Positions 61,080 to 64,000 of a stretch of DNA of 64,000 bases are shown here, in pieces (within the stretch, counting starts at the first letter, position 1; each line of letters opens with the position of its first letter). The translations under genes were made by a program, and so were the position numbers. The DNA lies in NCBI GenBank assembly GCA_963822965.1, contig CAWGJT010000014.1, forward strand, positions 320,001-384,000, written 5' to 3'. The notes under the pieces were generated by a model. The model did no database searches. It saw nothing but the letters and a program-made list of their open reading frames with translations, and was not told the origin of the DNA. The stretch is from an uncultured delta proteobacterium. GTDB taxonomy: Bacteria > Myxococcota_A > UBA9160 > UBA4427.

Positions 61080-61211
61080 CAGCAACGGAGAGGCGTCGGC
61101 GCCCGGCAATCGCCGACCGGGAGCCTGCGCTCCCGCTCTCCCGACGGAGGCAGTGCGCTGAGTCGAGCGGCGAAGTGGCGACAGGTACTGCGGCTCCGGA
61201 ACGCACCGCTC

Positions 61212-61832
61212 GTGACGGTGACGGTGCTCGTCGTGTTGCTGGTCTGCGCCGCGGCCACGGGCAGCATCGGCTCGCGGCTGTCCCACGAAGAGCTGCAGCG
61301 CCTCGGGTGCGCGCCGATGGACCTCTTCTCCCGGCGCGCGTGGTGCGGCGTCACGTCGCTGGCCTTCACGTGGGGTGGGCCTTCCTTCCTCGGCCTGCTG
61401 CCGCTGGTCTTGCTCAGCCTCGGGCTCTGCGAGCGCGCCTTCGGCAGCCGCCGCACCGCGGGAATCTTCCTCGCGACGCATCTCTTCGCCTCCCTGGCCG
61501 AGGCGGCGCTCCTGACGGCGCTCTCACCGGTCCTGGGAAGCGCGACTTCGACGAGTCTCCTCACTGCGCGCGACGTCGGCCCCTCGGCCGGTTGCTTCGG
61601 CTGTCTGGGCGCGGCGATCGCCACCTGGCGCCCGTCGCGGCAGGCGCTGGCGGCAGGAGTCCTGCTGCTCTTCCTGGCGGCGATCTCGCTCTGGCGTCCC
61701 GACCCCGGGTTTGCGACGAGCACCCTCTGGATCTCGGACCTCTCCCATCCGACGGCGGCGCTGGCCGGCTGGGGCTGGGTCGGGCTCCGGCGGGCGGTCC
61801 GGTCGCAACCCGAGGCTCCTCGATCCGGGTGA
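61212..61832 (+). CDS. Rhomboid-like membrane protein
   Basis: Several TM segments, ERAFGSRR, DVGPSAG, SDLSH; start uncertain. Confidence 0.55.
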   Translation: MTVTVLVVLLVCAAATGSIGSRLSHEELQRLGCAPMDLFSRRAWCGVTSLAFTWGGPSFLGLLPLVLLSLGLCERAFGSRRTAGIFLATHLFASLAEAALLTALSPVLGSATSTSLLTARDVGPSAGCFGCLGAAIATWRPSRQALAAGVLLLFLAAISLWRPDPGFATSTLWISDLSHPTAALAGWGWVGLRRAVRSQPEAPRSG

Positions 61833-62014
61833 CGCGGGAAGCCCGTCCCGGGCCGACCGCGGGATCCCGCCTCCGGCTCGAGCCCCCAACGTCGAGCGGC
61901 TTCACCCGCCCGGTCGCTCCCGAAGCGAGACCCGGTCCGGTGGGTCAGCGGGCCGACTCCACCTCGTCTTCCGGGTCCTCGCGTGCCACCATGGCTCATG
62001 CGAGGGGTCCCCGC

Positions 62015-62893
62015 ATGACCGAAGTCGCCTCCGAGAGCCTGGACTTCGACCGATCGCTGATCGACGAGATCGACCACGTCGTCCGGCCGTTGAAGCGGCT
62101 GCTGAGCCCCGTCTCCCTCGGACTCGAGCACGTCCCGCGCGAGGGCGCCGTGCTGCTCACGGGAAACCACACGATCTACGGACTCGTCGACATTCCGATG
62201 CTCGGGCTCGAGATCTACGAGAAGACGGGCCGCACGGTGCGCGGGTCTGGGCGACCACAACCACTTCGCGCTGCCGATCTGGCGGGACCTGCTGCGCCGG
62301 ATCGGCGCCGTTCGCGGGACGCGCGAGAACTGCGCGCGCCTGTTCGAGGCGGGGGAGGCGGTGCTGGTCTTCCCCGGCGGCGGACGCGAGGTGATGAAGC
62401 ACAAGCACGAGCGGTACAAGCTGATCTGGAAGGAGCGCATCGGCTTCGCCCGTCTGGCCATCCAGTACGGCGTTCCGATCGTTCCCTTCGCCTCGGTGGG
62501 CGTCGAGGACATGTTCGAGATCGTGGTCGACGCCGAGGACATCCTGCGCTCGCCGGTCGGCGACCTGCTCGCGCGCCCTCGGGATCACCGAGCAGCCCTG
62601 GTTCCGACACGGCGAGATCATTCCGCCCATCGCCCGCGGGCAAGGGGCTCGGGACCGCTGCCGCGGCTCGAGCGCCAGTACTTCCTCTTCGGCGAGCCGA
62701 TCGACACGAAGCGCTACGCGGGCCGTCACGAGGACCGCGAAGCCTGCTTCGCGTTGCGCAGTTCGAGGTGCAGTCCGCGATCGAGACCCAGATCGCGCAG
62801 CTGCTCGAGCTGCGCGAGGCGGACCCGGAGCGCTACCCGATCCAACGCCTGCTGCGCCGGCTGTCGGCGAAGCTCGGAGCGAGGTCGGTCTGA
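62015..62893 (+). CDS. Lysophospholipid/DGAT-type acyltransferase, frameshifted
   Basis: GLEHVP, GNHTIYGLVD, VFPGGGRE, GFARLAIQYGVPIVP, FGEPID. Confidence 0.85.
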   Translation: MTEVASESLDFDRSLIDEIDHVVRPLKRLLSPVSLGLEHVPREGAVLLTGNHTIYGLVDIPMLGLEIYEKTGRTVRGSGRPQPLRAADLAGPAAPDRRRSRDARELRAPVRGGGGGAGLPRRRTRGDEAQARAVQADLEGAHRLRPSGHPVRRSDRSLRLGGRRGHVRDRGRRRGHPALAGRRPARAPSGSPSSPGSDTARSFRPSPAGKGLGTAAAARAPVLPLRRADRHEALRGPSRGPRSLLRVAQFEVQSAIETQIAQLLELREADPERYPIQRLLRRLSAKLGARSV

Positions 62894-62932
62894 CCGCGTC
62901 GCGCGCCGTCCCGGGGACGGCGGCGCGAGCGG

Positions 62933-63376
62933 TCAGGCGGAGTGTCCGGCGCGCGGGGTACCCCGCAGCGAGAGCACCAGCGCCGCCGCGACGAGCGGAA
63001 CCGCGATCAGCGAGGCGTAGGCCTCGGGGGGCCGGTGGCTGCTGGTCGGCGCCTTCAGCCACCCTATGTTCAGGGCCATGAGGCTGCGCTCGGCGAGCAC
63101 CAGGCCGAGCAGCAGGGGGACCAGATCCCGGTAGCGGCGTGAGACGACCAGCATCGCCGTGCCCCAGGCGAGCTGCGTCGCGCCGGCCCAGGCGAAGACC
63201 CCGACGATGACCGGGCCGCCGTGGGACAGGTCGAGCCCCGCGATGACCCCCGCTCCGCCGTCGGGCAGGGAGGTGTGGATCGCGCCCGGGACCACCGTCA
63301 GCACCCCGACGAGGGTCAGGAAGTGCGCCGCGAGGGGCGAGCCGTGGTATCGATCGTTGCGCGAGGGCGGCAGCAT
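62933..63376 (-). CDS. Hypothetical membrane protein
   Basis: 4 hydrophobic segments, LPDGGAGVIAG, FAWAGATQ; GGAG SD. Confidence 0.7.
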   Translation of the reverse strand: MLPPSRNDRYHGSPLAAHFLTLVGVLTVVPGAIHTSLPDGGAGVIAGLDLSHGGPVIVGVFAWAGATQLAWGTAMLVVSRRYRDLVPLLLGLVLAERSLMALNIGWLKAPTSSHRPPEAYASLIAVPLVAAALVLSLRGTPRAGHSA

Positions 63377-63582
63377 GACGCGCGGTCTCCCCTCGTGGCA
63401 CCATCAGCGCCCGTCAGGGGCGCAAGCACTGTACACCGGCGCCGCGCGTCGTGCGCCGTCGCCCGCGCTCGAGGAGCCATTGGCCCGGGTCCCCGCCGGG
63501 TACGGCACTCCGGAGCGGAACGTGGTACCCCCTGCTCCGCCGGCGCCGGCCGCGCCCCGTCGCGCTGGACATCGGGAGCCCC

Positions 63583-64000
63583 TTGTCCGCCCCTTCGGAA
63601 CAGCCGCACGCCACCGACGCCAACGGGCCCCGCCCGCCGGGATTCGTCGCCTTCTTCATCGACCGCCCGATCTTCGCCTCGGTGGTGGCGATCCTGATCA
63701 CGCTGGCGGGCGCCATCTCGATTCCGCTGCTGCCGGTCTCGCAGTTCCCGCCGATCGTGCCCCCCACGGTGCAGGTGTCGGCCACCTACAACGGCGCCAG
63801 CGCGGAGGTGGTCGAGCGCACCCTCGCCCTGCCCATCGAGGACCAGGTCAACGGCGCCGAGGGCATGCTCTACATGTCCTCGACGAGCGCCAACGACGGG
63901 CAGATGAGCCTCACGGTCACCTTCGAGCTGGGGCGCGACGCCGACATCGCCACGGTGAACGTGAACAACCGCGTGTCCGTGGCGGAGCCGCGCCTGCCCG
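63583..64000 (+). CDS. HAE1 family RND efflux permease (AcrB-like), runs off the right edge
   Basis: FFIDRPIFASVVAILITLAG...LPVSQFPPIVPPTVQVSATYNGASAEVV...IEDQVNG.EGMLYMSSTS. Confidence 0.93.
   Translation, partial: MSAPSEQPHATDANGPRPPGFVAFFIDRPIFASVVAILITLAGAISIPLLPVSQFPPIVPPTVQVSATYNGASAEVVERTLALPIEDQVNGAEGMLYMSSTSANDGQMSLTVTFELGRDADIATVNVNNRVSVAEPRLP

Overview
GC-rich (roughly 70% by eye), densely coding bacterial chromosome segment. The gene repertoire suggests a diderm Myxococcota/deltaproteobacterial-type organism, but that placement is inference. Many otherwise intact genes carry single-base frameshifts, most likely long-read or assembly indel errors, so several CDS calls are reconstructed across frames. 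Layout: (1) 1-15.4 kb, a general-stress-type island (GH15, SDR, NhaP, ASRT-domain protein, TPP enzyme, enolase-superfamily enzyme, FAD/Fe-S oxidase, DUF1328, 7TM inactive transglutaminase + ATP-grasp ligase + gluzincin, CsbD, lipoprotein) carrying six sigma54 -24/-12 motifs. (2) 15.5-22.5 kb, a ModE-linked operon: TonB, TonB-dependent receptor, fused ECF ATPase-ATPase-T protein, TiaS-like DDTD protein and S-component-like protein; this is the best candidate for an undescribed Mo/Moco scavenging system. (3) 27.6-33.1 kb, ectoine TRAP transporter teaABC plus ectBCD with no ectA. (4) Mixed genes: Tat-exported aminotransferase, histone H1-like protein, AFL-like lipase/LysR, molybdopterin oxidoreductase/SDR/HxlR, di-heme oxidoreductase followed by a knottin-like Cys peptide, malic enzyme, amidohydrolases, a GNAT-HDAC fusion, a UGA-recoded UxxC peroxiredoxin-like selenoprotein with a SECIS-like hairpin, glnK with truncated amtB, mprF, APC permease, acyltransferase and the start of an RND pump. 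Several small gene remnants mark deletion or rearrangement scars. No rRNA, tRNA, CRISPR array or transposase was recognised.
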